Assembly (NCBI GenBank): GCA_043747615.1
Contig: JAYTOU010000076.1
Span: 16,737 to 80,736 of the forward strand
Reading direction: 5' to 3'
DNA: 64,000 nucleotides
From: Myxococcales bacterium
GTDB lineage: Bacteria; Myxococcota_A; Polyangia; Polyangiales; Polyangiaceae
Shown here: piece after piece, positions 1-9,616 of the stretch
How positions within the stretch are numbered: the first letter of the stretch is position 1
How the letters are laid out: each line of letters starts with the position of its first letter
The notes under the pieces: generated by a model
Database searches by the model: none
What the model saw: the letters and a program-made list of their open reading frames with translations, nothing else
Told to the model about the DNA's origin: nothing
Program-made: the position numbers and the translations under genes

Positions 1-50
1 CGAATGCGCGTTGCACATGCCGCTTACGGCGGCTACACCGTAGAAACTCC

Positions 51-1076
51 ATGACGGCGGACGACAGCGAAGCCAAACGTCTGAGGCAAGACGTCGAGTG
101 GGCTCTTCGTAACGCGCTCGATCCGAGCGACGTACTTCCGCTGCTCCACCGCCTCGCGCGGACGGCCGAGCCGGGCTCCGAAGAGAGCATCTACGCTCAT
201 CGCCAGATCGCCGAGCTCCTCGTCGAACGACACCCGTGGCGCGCGGCGCTTCATGCGCGAAAGGTCCTGTCTTGGATCCCGGAAGACGATCGCGCCTGGG
301 CTGTCCTCGGGCTTTGCCAGACGCTCCTCGGGCATTACCGCTTCGCGGCGACCGCCTACCACCGCGCACTCACGGCATCGCCAAAAAATCCTTGGTACGC
401 GCACAACCTCGGCCACCTCATCGACGTGGCCCTAGGGCGGGCTGCAGAGGCCATCACCTTTCTTCGCTCCGCGTACGAAGGCGCATCGGACAACCGAGAG
501 ATCGCTTCGTCGTTCGCGCATGCTCTTGCCCGAGCAGGTAAGGTCGCTGAGGCAAAGAAGGTCCTTGCCCGATCCATGAAGCGCGGGCCCTCCCGTGAGC
601 AGGCTGCACTCTGGAAGTGGTTGGACGAGGGCGCCCCGGCCGACAAAGACTCAGCAGCCCCCCGCCCCGCCCCCACCTCTTCGCGCGGCGTGCGCACGCG
701 TCGCAACCCCCGCCCCCGCGTCGCGCGAACCGCTTGTCCGGAGCTCGAGTCTGCACTCCTCCGCGGCCTCGAGAGCATCCCGCTCGATGCACGACAGCGG
801 GCAAGAGCGCGGGCACTCGCACGTGATCCCGCCACCCGCGGAATGGTCGACGACGGCCCGGACGCGAAGCCCGACCCCAAGAGCGTGCAAAGCCTCGCGG
901 CTGCGATCGCGTACGCCATCGTCTTCATCGACGACGTCCCGCTCACTCAAGGGGAGGTAGCAGCGTCGTTCCGCGTGAGCAGCGCCAGCCTCCGCGGAAG
1001 ATTCAGCGCCCTCCGCTCGCAGCTGCAGCTTGCCCCGGGCGATGCGCGCTATCGCCGTCGTCGTCGAGGTCGCTAG
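51..1076 (+). CDS. TPR protein with C-terminal TFIIB/TFB cyclin-repeat-like helix-turn-helix domain
   Basis: 341 aa. TPR repeats (AWAVLGLCQTLLGHYRFAATAYHRAL; PWYAHNLGHL), a basic Pro/Arg linker, then KSVQSLAAAIAYAIVFIDDVPLTQGEVAASFRVSSASLRGRFSAL. Confidence 0.75.
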   Translation: MTADDSEAKRLRQDVEWALRNALDPSDVLPLLHRLARTAEPGSEESIYAHRQIAELLVERHPWRAALHARKVLSWIPEDDRAWAVLGLCQTLLGHYRFAATAYHRALTASPKNPWYAHNLGHLIDVALGRAAEAITFLRSAYEGASDNREIASSFAHALARAGKVAEAKKVLARSMKRGPSREQAALWKWLDEGAPADKDSAAPRPAPTSSRGVRTRRNPRPRVARTACPELESALLRGLESIPLDARQRARARALARDPATRGMVDDGPDAKPDPKSVQSLAAAIAYAIVFIDDVPLTQGEVAASFRVSSASLRGRFSALRSQLQLAPGDARYRRRRRGR

Positions 1077-1183
1077 GAATTTAGGTGGCCAATTGCGCCT
1101 GCGCGGACGAAACATCGTGCCGCTCGTCGGAAGAAACGCAGGACAGGTTGTGCTCCCATTTCGGGCGTGCTTCGTTACGCACC

Positions 1184-2584
1184 ATGCGTACCGTCCTAGG
1201 CGTCTTTTGGGTGCTGTTCTTAGCGGCGCCGGTGGCGCTTGCTCAGCCCAAGACCGCCCCGAGCCCGTCGTCGCCCCTCCCGCTCATCGTCGCTCCGCCG
1301 CCGATCGAAATTCCGCCGCCCCCCACAATCAATGATCCGATGCTGGAGCCCGTCGGCCCCGCGCCGCGGAGCATCTCGTCATGGGAAGACGCGCTCGACC
1401 TCGTGCGAGCCCGCTCGACGGACCTCAGGATCGCGTACGCCGAAGTTCAGAAGGCCGAGGCGCAGTCCCGCATCGCGCTCGCCGGCACGCTCCCTTCGCT
1501 AAATGGGACGGGGAGCCTCACGCATCAATTCTTCACGAACACCGAGGCGACGCCGTTCGGTGTCCAGACCGCGCCGCTGCCGAACGTCGCCGTCGGAAGC
1601 ATCGTCCTCAGCCAGCCGATCTTCGTGCCTCGGGTCTGGCACAACATGGGGACTGCCAAACGTGCAGTCGAGGGAGCGCAGCTCTCGGTCGAAGACATCA
1701 AGCGCAACATCGCGCTCAACGTGGCCAACGCCCTCATTGGAGTGGTGACGGCAGAGCGCATCGCAGAGCTGAATCGAAGCGGATTTCGCAACGCGCTCGA
1801 GCGGCACGAGCTCACCTTGCGAAAGAAGAACCTCGGGGCCGCCACGGGGCTCGACGTGATCCGCGCACAGCAGGACGTCGAGAGCGCGCGCTCCGTGCTC
1901 GTGACCGGGGATGAATCGCTTCGCCAGTCGCGGGAAGCTCTCGGGCTCGCCGTCGGAATCCCGAGCCAGGTCGGCGTCTCGCGCAACATCAACATCGACG
2001 GTCTCGAGAAGAGCGCTCTCGCCGCATGCCATCCGTCGTCGCTCGAAGACCGCGCCGATCTCCTCCTCGCTAAGAAACAGCTCGAGATCTTTCAGCGCAA
2101 CATCGTCGACGTGAAGTTGCAGTTCAGTCCGACGATCACCGCGAGCAGCGCGATCTTGGCCACGACCGCAGACACCGGGGTCGCGCCGAACCCCACCTGG
2201 AACATCCAGGGAGTCCTCAGCGTACCGTTTTGGGAAGGCGGCGCACGGTACGGGCTGCTGAGAAGCGCGCGCGCGGACGAGACCGAGTCCGAGCAGCGCC
2301 TCGCGAGTCTGCGTCGCAACGCGCGGATCCAGGTGGAGCAAGCCCAGCGTGGCGTGCAGGTCGCAACCGAATCTCGAAAAGTGGCGGTCGATGCGCGGGC
2401 CCTTGCGGCAGAGACCGATCGTCTGGTTCGCGTCGGCTATACCGAAGGACAGGGCACGAGCCTCGAGCTCGTGATCGCCGCCGCCGCGCTCCGCCAGGCC
2501 GAGATCACCCTCGCGCTCCGCGAGTTCGATCTCGTCAAAGCGCGCGTCCTTGCGCTCCTCTCGCTCTCGAACTGCCCTTTTTAA
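1184..2584 (+). CDS. TolC family outer-membrane efflux protein
   Basis: ATG at 1184 gives a signal peptide (MRTVLGVFWVLFLAAPVALA). Two OEP repeats (GAATGLDVIRAQ; GQGTSLELV), LSVPFWEGG strand. Confidence 0.85.
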   Translation: MRTVLGVFWVLFLAAPVALAQPKTAPSPSSPLPLIVAPPPIEIPPPPTINDPMLEPVGPAPRSISSWEDALDLVRARSTDLRIAYAEVQKAEAQSRIALAGTLPSLNGTGSLTHQFFTNTEATPFGVQTAPLPNVAVGSIVLSQPIFVPRVWHNMGTAKRAVEGAQLSVEDIKRNIALNVANALIGVVTAERIAELNRSGFRNALERHELTLRKKNLGAATGLDVIRAQQDVESARSVLVTGDESLRQSREALGLAVGIPSQVGVSRNINIDGLEKSALAACHPSSLEDRADLLLAKKQLEIFQRNIVDVKLQFSPTITASSAILATTADTGVAPNPTWNIQGVLSVPFWEGGARYGLLRSARADETESEQRLASLRRNARIQVEQAQRGVQVATESRKVAVDARALAAETDRLVRVGYTEGQGTSLELVIAAAALRQAEITLALREFDLVKARVLALLSLSNCPF

Positions 2585-2589
2585 GCGAC

Positions 2590-4047
2590 CTACGGCGGCG
2601 TCGGAGCGGCCGAGTCCCAGCCGCTCACACGGGCGAGCTCGCTGAGGGCGAGGTTGTAATCCTGGAGCGAGTACACGTGGTTCACGCGCGCGTTGATGTA
2701 GACGCGGAGCGGCTCGGTGAGCGAGCGTTCGTCCTTCGTACCGAGATCGATCGAGTCTTGCACCGTCGAGATCCATTGACGTGCGATGTGCTCGGTCTTG
2801 GCCCATCCTTCTTCGCGACCGCCGGCCTCGACCGCGACGGCGTAGGCGTTCTCGACCTCCACGCCGATCCCGCCGAGCGCAAGCCGTTCGAGGGCGCGCG
2901 TCTCTTCGAGCTGCGACTCGGCCTGCGCGACGCGGGCGGACTTCGGCAAGAGGTCGAGCCCCCAGCGTGCGCCGAACGCTGCAAAGAAACCGAAGCCATT
3001 GAACGGATCGACCACCCACGCATTGTTCTGGATCGTCGCGCTCGGCGCGGTGTTGTAGCTGGCAGAGAGCGCGAGCCCGAAGTCCGGAAAATACTGGGCA
3101 CGAGCGAAATCGACGAAGGCCTTCCGGGCGGTGATGCCCGCGCGCGCCATGTTCACCTCGGGGCGGAAGAGCCGAGCCGCGGAGAGATAGCGCACGACGG
3201 GACCGAGCGGAATGTCCGGGCGCTTGAGCGGCACATCGGGAATGTCGAACGAGCCCTGGACACCGGTGAGGAAGCGCAGCGCCGCGAGGGCAAACGTCTC
3301 ACCGCGCGTAGCCTCGCCCGCCCGGGCCATCGTCTCGCTCTTGATAATGATCAAGCGAAGGCGATCGATTTCTTCGACGCTGCCGTCGTTCTTCCGGAGC
3401 TTCTTGTCGAGGCCGCGGATGCCCTTGTCGAGCTTCTCCACCACGTCGTCCACGATGTATCGGCCGTCGCGCGCGAGCATCAGCCCAAAGTATGCGCGCC
3501 GTACGTCCATGCGCACTTGCTGCCGTGCCTTCTCGAGATCCCACTCGTTGACGCGCACCTGCGCTTCGGCAGCTTGCCGGATCGCTGAAATTTTTCCGAA
3601 GGTATAGAGGGGAATCGCGCCGTTCACGTCGAAGTGGAAAAACGGTTGAAAGCTGTTGCCGAAATTGGTGCTCAGGGCCGAGGCCGGCGCCGCGTTGTAA
3701 AAGGCCGTGCCCGTGATCGGGGGTAGAACGCCGAAGGCCGCGTTTGCACCGAACTGCCAGAACGGCGTCCACTTCGCCTCGTCGAGCTGGGCGTGCACGA
3801 ACGCAAGGCGCGCCCGCGCAGCCCACAAATTGGGGTGGTTGCGATCGGCCAGGGCGAGGCACTCTGCCAGCGTGTAGGTGCGCGAGCGAATGGTGATCTT
3901 CGGCGCCTCGAACGGTGCGGGCCCCGCATCGGTGATCGTGTCGTCGTCGTCCTCGAGGTCGTTGTCACCCGCCCAGGCGAGCGGAGAGGCTGCGGCCGCG
4001 AGGGCTACGCCAAAAGCAAGAAAAAAGGCGGTCCGCGAAGCGCGCAT
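2590..4047 (-). CDS. TolC family outer-membrane efflux protein
   Basis: ATG at 4047 gives a signal peptide (MRASRTAFFLAFGVALAAAASPLAWA). YTLAECLALADRNHP, IPLYTFGKI, VRRAYFGL, RPEV, YNLALSELARVSG. Confidence 0.8.
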   Translation of the reverse strand: MRASRTAFFLAFGVALAAAASPLAWAGDNDLEDDDDTITDAGPAPFEAPKITIRSRTYTLAECLALADRNHPNLWAARARLAFVHAQLDEAKWTPFWQFGANAAFGVLPPITGTAFYNAAPASALSTNFGNSFQPFFHFDVNGAIPLYTFGKISAIRQAAEAQVRVNEWDLEKARQQVRMDVRRAYFGLMLARDGRYIVDDVVEKLDKGIRGLDKKLRKNDGSVEEIDRLRLIIIKSETMARAGEATRGETFALAALRFLTGVQGSFDIPDVPLKRPDIPLGPVVRYLSAARLFRPEVNMARAGITARKAFVDFARAQYFPDFGLALSASYNTAPSATIQNNAWVVDPFNGFGFFAAFGARWGLDLLPKSARVAQAESQLEETRALERLALGGIGVEVENAYAVAVEAGGREEGWAKTEHIARQWISTVQDSIDLGTKDERSLTEPLRVYINARVNHVYSLQDYNLALSELARVSGWDSAAPTPP

Positions 4048-4084
4048 AATAACGAGCGGGACACTACCAATCGCGCCGCGCGAG

Positions 4085-5500
4085 TCAAACCTTCGCCTTC
4101 TTTGCGATGCGTCGAAAGTTCGACCGATCGAGCCCCGCATGACGCGCGGCGGCCGAGAAATTACCATCAACCCGCCTCAAGGTCTCGCGAACGTACTCTT
4201 CATCGAAGGCCGCCAACGCCCGACGCTTGGCCTCCGCATAAGAGAGCTGGGTGAGCTCGGCCGGCATGGGACGCACGATGGACGGCGCCTCCGCCTCGGG
4301 GAAGCGGGAGCGCCTGCCGAGCAGCGCCGCGGGGAGATCGGTAGGGTGGATCGAGTTGCCCTTCGCGAGAACGAAGGCGTGCTCGAGGGCGTGCTCGAGC
4401 TCGCGAACGTTTCCCGGCCAACCGTACCCGCGCAGTGCGTCGATCGCACCGGGGATCAATTTCTTCGCGTCGCGCCCCATTCGCCGGGCGAGCTTTTCGA
4501 GAATGTAATGCGCGATGACGATCACGTCGTCTTCCCTGTCTCGAAGCGGAGGAAGCACGATAGGGATGACGTTCAGCCGGTAGTAGAGATCCTTCCGAAA
4601 GGTGCCATGGGCGATGGCTTGTTTGAGATCGACGTTCGTCGCCGAGAGCACGCGGACGTCGACGATGCGTGTCTCGTCCGAGCCGACCGGCTTGATCTCG
4701 CCCTCTTGCAGCGCGCGTAAAAGCTTCACTTGCGCGGTCGGCGGGAGCTCCCCGACCTCGTCGAGAAAGAGGGTCCCGGTGTTCGCGGTCTCGAAGAGGC
4801 CTGCGCGCGCGTTCTGGGCGCCGGTGAACGCGCCACGTACGTGTCCGAAGAGCTCGCTCTCGACGAGGTCCTTCGGGATGGCCGCGCAGTTCACGGGGAC
4901 GAAGGGCTTCGCGGAGCGGGGCGAGTTTTGGTGAATGGCGCGCGCTACGAGCTCCTTGCCGGTGCCGCTCTCGCCGAGAATGAGGACCGTCGACGTCGCT
5001 GAAGCCACGCCATCGATGAGACGATAGACGTCCTGCATCTTGGCGGACGTGCCGATGAAAGCACCGAATCGCTCGTGGGCCACGAGTCGTTCCTCGAGGT
5101 GCGTGGCGCGTTCGACGAGGGCGCGATGCTCCGCCGCCTTGCTCACCGACATGACGACCGCGTCATTTGAGGCGAACGGTTTGGTAAGAAAGTCGTAGGC
5201 CCCGGCTTTCACCGCGGCGACCGCGATATCCACGTTCCCGTGCGCGGTCATCATCACCACCTCTACGTGCGGATGCGTACGCTTTGTCGCGGTGAGCACT
5301 TCGAGACCGCTCATCCCATGCATCGATATGTCGCACAGGACGACATCGGGCTCTTTGGCCGCGATCTGCGCGAGAGCATGGGCCCCGCCGTCGGCCGTCT
5401 CTACGATGAAACCGCGCGCACCAAGCACGCGCGCGAGGCTGCGCCTGAGACCGGCCTCGTCATCCACGATGAGCACGCGGGTCGGAGGCCTCGCGCTCAT
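4085..5500 (-). CDS. sigma54-dependent response regulator (NtrC family: REC-AAA+-Fis HTH)
   Basis: VLIVDDE receiver, Walker A GESGTGKE, GAFTGA, LFLDEVGE, WPGNVRELEH, C-terminal GNFSAAARHAGLDRSNFRR. Start placed at ATG 5500. Confidence 0.95.
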   Translation of the reverse strand: MSARPPTRVLIVDDEAGLRRSLARVLGARGFIVETADGGAHALAQIAAKEPDVVLCDISMHGMSGLEVLTATKRTHPHVEVVMMTAHGNVDIAVAAVKAGAYDFLTKPFASNDAVVMSVSKAAEHRALVERATHLEERLVAHERFGAFIGTSAKMQDVYRLIDGVASATSTVLILGESGTGKELVARAIHQNSPRSAKPFVPVNCAAIPKDLVESELFGHVRGAFTGAQNARAGLFETANTGTLFLDEVGELPPTAQVKLLRALQEGEIKPVGSDETRIVDVRVLSATNVDLKQAIAHGTFRKDLYYRLNVIPIVLPPLRDREDDVIVIAHYILEKLARRMGRDAKKLIPGAIDALRGYGWPGNVRELEHALEHAFVLAKGNSIHPTDLPAALLGRRSRFPEAEAPSIVRPMPAELTQLSYAEAKRRALAAFDEEYVRETLRRVDGNFSAAARHAGLDRSNFRRIAKKAKV

Positions 5501-5930
5501 GAAGATCTCCCGTACGCGTGCGGCGCATGGGCCATCCCGTGCTGCTGGAACACGCAGGTGCGATTCATGCCGCCCCGCTTGGCGCGAGCGAGAGCGAGAT
5601 CTGCGCACTGGAGAAGCGCTTCTTTCACGCGCACGTCCCGGCTCGGAAAAAAGGAGATCCCGATCGACAGGACACCGGTTCCGCGCCGGCGCGGGAGGAC
5701 CATTCCTTGGCCGCGAACGCGCGCCAGATCTTCTCTGCCATGCGAACGGCTCCGACGAAGTGGGTGGCGGGCAAGAGAAGCAGGTCCACGTCGCCGCGGC
5801 AAGCGAGCTCGATCGCGCGCTGCCCATCGGGGACCGACGCCACCACGTACCCGGCCGTCTCGAGGAGCTTGGTCAAGACCTCGCGTGTCGCCGCTTCATC
5901 ATCGGCGATGACGATCCTCATTTTAGGCAT
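5497..5930 (-). pseudogene. Internally deleted and frameshifted REC-GGDEF (response-regulator diguanylate cyclase) remnant
   Basis: N-terminal half of a receiver domain (MRIVIADDEAATREVL...DVDLLLL) joins directly to a late GGDEF segment (LPATHFVGAVRMAEKIW). After a frameshift near 5672 the GGDEF C-terminus follows (LSIGISFFPS...LLQCADLALARAKRGGMNRTCVF). Its stop overlaps the NtrC ATG. Confidence 0.75.
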
Positions 5931-6163
5931 TCTAGTCCGACCATCGGGAGGATGTGGGCTGTCCCAAAATATCGAACGAGGGACAGCCACTTGGCCGCTT
6001 GGGAGATCTTCTCCTTGTCGGAACTGGGCTACTTCGGACAGACTACGGAGCCTTGAGCCGTCGCGACCCGAAACGAGGTTCGGAGGATCCGACGCAAAGC
6101 GAGCGTCCGTCCCCCTTGGACAGGCATGCGAAGCCCCCTGCGAATGTTGAAAAGCTCGCGGCC

Positions 6164-8506
6164 GTGAGCCCTTTTCGAGCCCCGGATGGCGCCGAGAATC
6201 CCACCGTCTACGCCGGAAGGTACGAGCTCGTCGGGCTCCTCGGCGTCGGCGGAATGGGATCAGTCTACCGCGTGCACGATCTTCTTCTGGACGTGACGAT
6301 CGCGCTCAAGCTTCTGCGGAAAGACTTCGCCACGAACCCGGCGAGCGTGCAGCGTTTCTATCGTGAGGTTCGGCTGGCGCGGCGCATCACTCACCGCAAC
6401 GTCGTGCGGATCTACGACGTCGAGGAGTACCTCGGCGAATACTTTCTGACGATGGAATGCATCGAAGGAGATTCGCTCGGGACGATGCTGAACCCGGGGA
6501 AGCCGCTCGAAATCGACCATGCGCTGGAGATCGGTCGCCAGGTCGCGCTCGGTATCGATGCCTCGCACGCCGAGGGCGTCATTCACTGCGATCTCAAGCC
6601 CGAAAACATCTTGCTCGGCAAAGACGAGCGGGTGGTCCTCACCGATTTTGGGGTAGCGATCGCAGAGGGAGAAGCGCGCCCTGTCCTCCCCGGGTCTGCC
6701 GGTGGAACGCCGATCTACATGGCACCCGAGCAAATCGAAGGACGCGCCGTCGACCAGCGAACCGACGTTTTTGCACTCGGGATTTTGCTCTACGAGATGC
6801 TGACCGGGAGCCCGCCGTGGAGCCTCGATCGAGGAAGTGCGGCCGCCAGCGTCGCGCGGCTCAGCGTGCCTGCGAGCGATCCGCGTCAGAGGAATGCCGA
6901 GATTCCCGCGGACGTCGCGGTCTTCGTACTTCGCATGCTCGCTCGCGAGGCAGCACAGCGGCCAGGAACGGCGATCAGTGTGGCCAAGACGCTCGCGGCT
7001 TCGCTCGATGCGCGTCGCAGTGGCGACAAGCGCGCCGCGACGAGCGTGCGCTTGCCTCCTTCGTCGTCGCCGATGGAGCCCGCGCAAATTCTCACGACGA
7101 ATACGCCTCACGCTCGCGGGGTCGCCGTCCTCAGCTTCCGCAACTTGGGAGACTCGAGCAGCGCTTATCTTGCAGAGGCGATGACCGACGAGATCGTTCA
7201 ACATCTCGCGAAGGCGCCTGGCCTACGCGTGGCCTCGCGCGCCTCCTTCCGGGCGGACGAGGTGCCGGGTGAGGCCCTCCGAACGCTCGGGAAGCGCCTC
7301 GGCGTGCATGCGATCGTAGAGGGAACGATTCGTGCTCGTAGCAACGGCACGATGCACATTGGCGTCCGCCTCGTCGAGGTCGACCGCGGATTTGCGCTCT
7401 TCAGCACCCAGATAGAACGCAAGGCGCACGAAGTGTTCAGTGTGAGCCGTGAGCTCGCCACAGACGTCGCCCGCGCCCTCACCGTCGATCTTGGGGGCAT
7501 GCGCGGACGCGCTCCCGCCGCTCCGGGTGTGGTCGATCGTTTTCTCCGCGCCAGGCGCGAATACGCTACCCACACCTTGGCGGGTGTCTCCGAAGCCTAC
7601 CGTTTGATCAAGAGCCTCGGCGCCTCGCAGCGCAATCCGCTGGTCGCAAGCTGGATGGCGCTGGCCAGGCTTCGCTGGTGGGGCTTTGCACCGGAGCTCG
7701 GGAGCACGGCCTCCGACGAAGTCGAGACACTCGCGCGGAGCCTCATCGCCGAAGATCCGACGCTCGGCGAAGCGCACCTCGCGCTCGCGGTCCTCCATGA
7801 CCTGGTGGGCAGGAGCAGTTTGGCAACGAAGGCCGCGACGGAGGCCGTGCGCTGCAATCCGACACTCGGTGAAGCGCATCTTCTCCTCGGCACCCTCTAC
7901 GCGGAGACGGGCAACGTCGAAGAGGGCATCCGCCGCCTCAAGCTCTCGCTTCGCCTCGACCCTCGCAATTTTCTCTCCCTCCTCGAGCTGGCGCGTACCG
8001 CCGAGCTCACGGGCGACGCCGACGGCGCCGACGCCTGGCTGACCCTCGCCGAGCAACGCGCCCCAGGGCACGTCCAACCCGCTCTTCTGCGGGTGCGGAT
8101 TGCATCCTGGAGGGGCGCGAAGAAGGGCCTCGCCGACGCCCGGCAGCAGGCAATTGCCGTTGCGAAGAAGGCTCTACCTGCGGAAGCCGACGCACTTCAC
8201 CTCTTCGCGCTCGACGAAAGCGAAGTGCGCGTCGGGCGGCTCATGGTCTCCGCGGCGCTTCCGGGAGCGTCGGCGCGCTACCGCTGGACGCTAATGCAGC
8301 TCGTGGCCGAGGAGCGGGCCATCAAAAAGGATTTCCACGGGGCATTGAGCGCGGTGCGCAGCGCCCAAAGCGCTGGCTTCGTCGACGTTCTGTGGCTCGA
8401 GAAGTGCGCGGCCTTCGACAAGTTGCGCATCGACCCGGCGTTCGAAGCCGTTCGGCGTACGATCTCTCAGCGCGCGCGGACCACCTTCGCCGGCCCCGAC
8501 GCCTGA
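6164..8506 (+). CDS. Cytoplasmic Hanks-type Ser/Thr kinase with TolB-N-like domain and TPR repeats
   Basis: LGVGGMGSVY, IALK, HCDLKPEN, DFG, GTPIYMAPE, DVFALG. Then VAVLSFRNLG...YLAEAMTDEI...LRVASRAS and TPRs. Start uncertain (GTG 6164 chosen; ORF open from 5954). Confidence 0.9.
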   Translation: MSPFRAPDGAENPTVYAGRYELVGLLGVGGMGSVYRVHDLLLDVTIALKLLRKDFATNPASVQRFYREVRLARRITHRNVVRIYDVEEYLGEYFLTMECIEGDSLGTMLNPGKPLEIDHALEIGRQVALGIDASHAEGVIHCDLKPENILLGKDERVVLTDFGVAIAEGEARPVLPGSAGGTPIYMAPEQIEGRAVDQRTDVFALGILLYEMLTGSPPWSLDRGSAAASVARLSVPASDPRQRNAEIPADVAVFVLRMLAREAAQRPGTAISVAKTLAASLDARRSGDKRAATSVRLPPSSSPMEPAQILTTNTPHARGVAVLSFRNLGDSSSAYLAEAMTDEIVQHLAKAPGLRVASRASFRADEVPGEALRTLGKRLGVHAIVEGTIRARSNGTMHIGVRLVEVDRGFALFSTQIERKAHEVFSVSRELATDVARALTVDLGGMRGRAPAAPGVVDRFLRARREYATHTLAGVSEAYRLIKSLGASQRNPLVASWMALARLRWWGFAPELGSTASDEVETLARSLIAEDPTLGEAHLALAVLHDLVGRSSLATKAATEAVRCNPTLGEAHLLLGTLYAETGNVEEGIRRLKLSLRLDPRNFLSLLELARTAELTGDADGADAWLTLAEQRAPGHVQPALLRVRIASWRGAKKGLADARQQAIAVAKKALPAEADALHLFALDESEVRVGRLMVSAALPGASARYRWTLMQLVAEERAIKKDFHGALSAVRSAQSAGFVDVLWLEKCAAFDKLRIDPAFEAVRRTISQRARTTFAGPDA

Positions 8507-9594
8507 CCGAGAATTTTCTTGGCGAGCGCGCTCACCCCGCGGTCGAGGATGCGCGAGCGCTCGACGAGCTCGATCGCGTCGTAGTCGACAGCGGTTTCCC
8601 CGAGCGAAGGGGCTTCGCCGCGAAGGGTCGCGTGGTGAACGCTCATCGTGATCCGCCGATGAGAGAGCACGTGCTTCACCTCACCGAACTCGTGCAGCGA
8701 CGGCAAGCCCACGCCAAGCAGCTGCTCGAACGCAGCGCGCGGGTTCGCGCTCAGCGGCACCGTCGGCGGCTCCCACAACCCACCGAAGAGACGATCTTGG
8801 CGACGCCGCGCAAGGAGCACGCGCGTTCCCTTCGAACCGACGAGCGCCATCCCGCTCCAGGCGATCGGCTTCGATTTCGCCTTTAAAATAGGCAGCTCCC
8901 GCTCCCGCCCCTGTGCGAGCGCTTGGCACGACGCGCGGACGGGACACGCGAGGCAGCGGGGATCGTGTGGCACGCACACCATGGCGCCGAGCTCCATCAA
9001 GGCTTGGTTCCAGTCACCCGCGCCGACGAGGGGGACGAGCTCGCCGGCGATCGTCCAGATCGTGGCGAGACCAGCGGTGGTTCGGACGTCGTCATCGACC
9101 GCGAAAATTCGCGCGAGCACCCTGGCCACGTTGCCGTCCACGAGCGGCGCTGGGTGACCGAAGGCTATGCTGGCTACGGCGCCCGCAGTGTAAGGACCGA
9201 TCCCCTGCACCTCGAGGAGCGCCTCGGGTGACGAGGGAAACTGGCCGTTCATCTCGCTCGTCACTTGCTTGGATGCAGAATGCATCATTCGGGCACGACG
9301 GTAGTAGCCGAGGCCGCTCCACAGGGCGAGCACGTCATCGAGCGGCGCCTCGGCGAGCGAGCTCACCGTGGGGAACGCCGCCATGAAACGCTCGTAGTAC
9401 GGAATCACGGTCTCCACGCGCGTCTGTTGGAGCATGATTTCGCTGAGCCAGATGGCGTACGGATCGCGGGTGCGTCGCCACGGCAAATCGCGGCGAGCGC
9501 CGGCGTACCAGGCGAGGAGCGCGCTCCGGAGGGACGAGGATTGCGCTTCGCCACGGGCGTGCGCATGTTTGGGTTGTCCAACCTCGGTCTTCAT
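8467..9594 (-). CDS. mutY: A/G-specific adenine glycosylase MutY
   Basis: RDLPWR, WLSEIMLQQT, WSGLGYYRRAR, HhH GIGPYTAGA, VDGNVARV, 4Fe-4S motif CVPHDPRCLACPVRASC, NUDIX-like C-terminus. Start uncertain (9594 or 9618). Confidence 0.95.
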   Translation of the reverse strand: MKTEVGQPKHAHARGEAQSSSLRSALLAWYAGARRDLPWRRTRDPYAIWLSEIMLQQTRVETVIPYYERFMAAFPTVSSLAEAPLDDVLALWSGLGYYRRARMMHSASKQVTSEMNGQFPSSPEALLEVQGIGPYTAGAVASIAFGHPAPLVDGNVARVLARIFAVDDDVRTTAGLATIWTIAGELVPLVGAGDWNQALMELGAMVCVPHDPRCLACPVRASCQALAQGRERELPILKAKSKPIAWSGMALVGSKGTRVLLARRRQDRLFGGLWEPPTVPLSANPRAAFEQLLGVGLPSLHEFGEVKHVLSHRRITMSVHHATLRGEAPSLGETAVDYDAIELVERSRILDRGVSALAKKILGQASGPAKVVRAR

Positions 9595-9616
9595 TTTTTT
9601 GGGGGAAAATTTCCGC

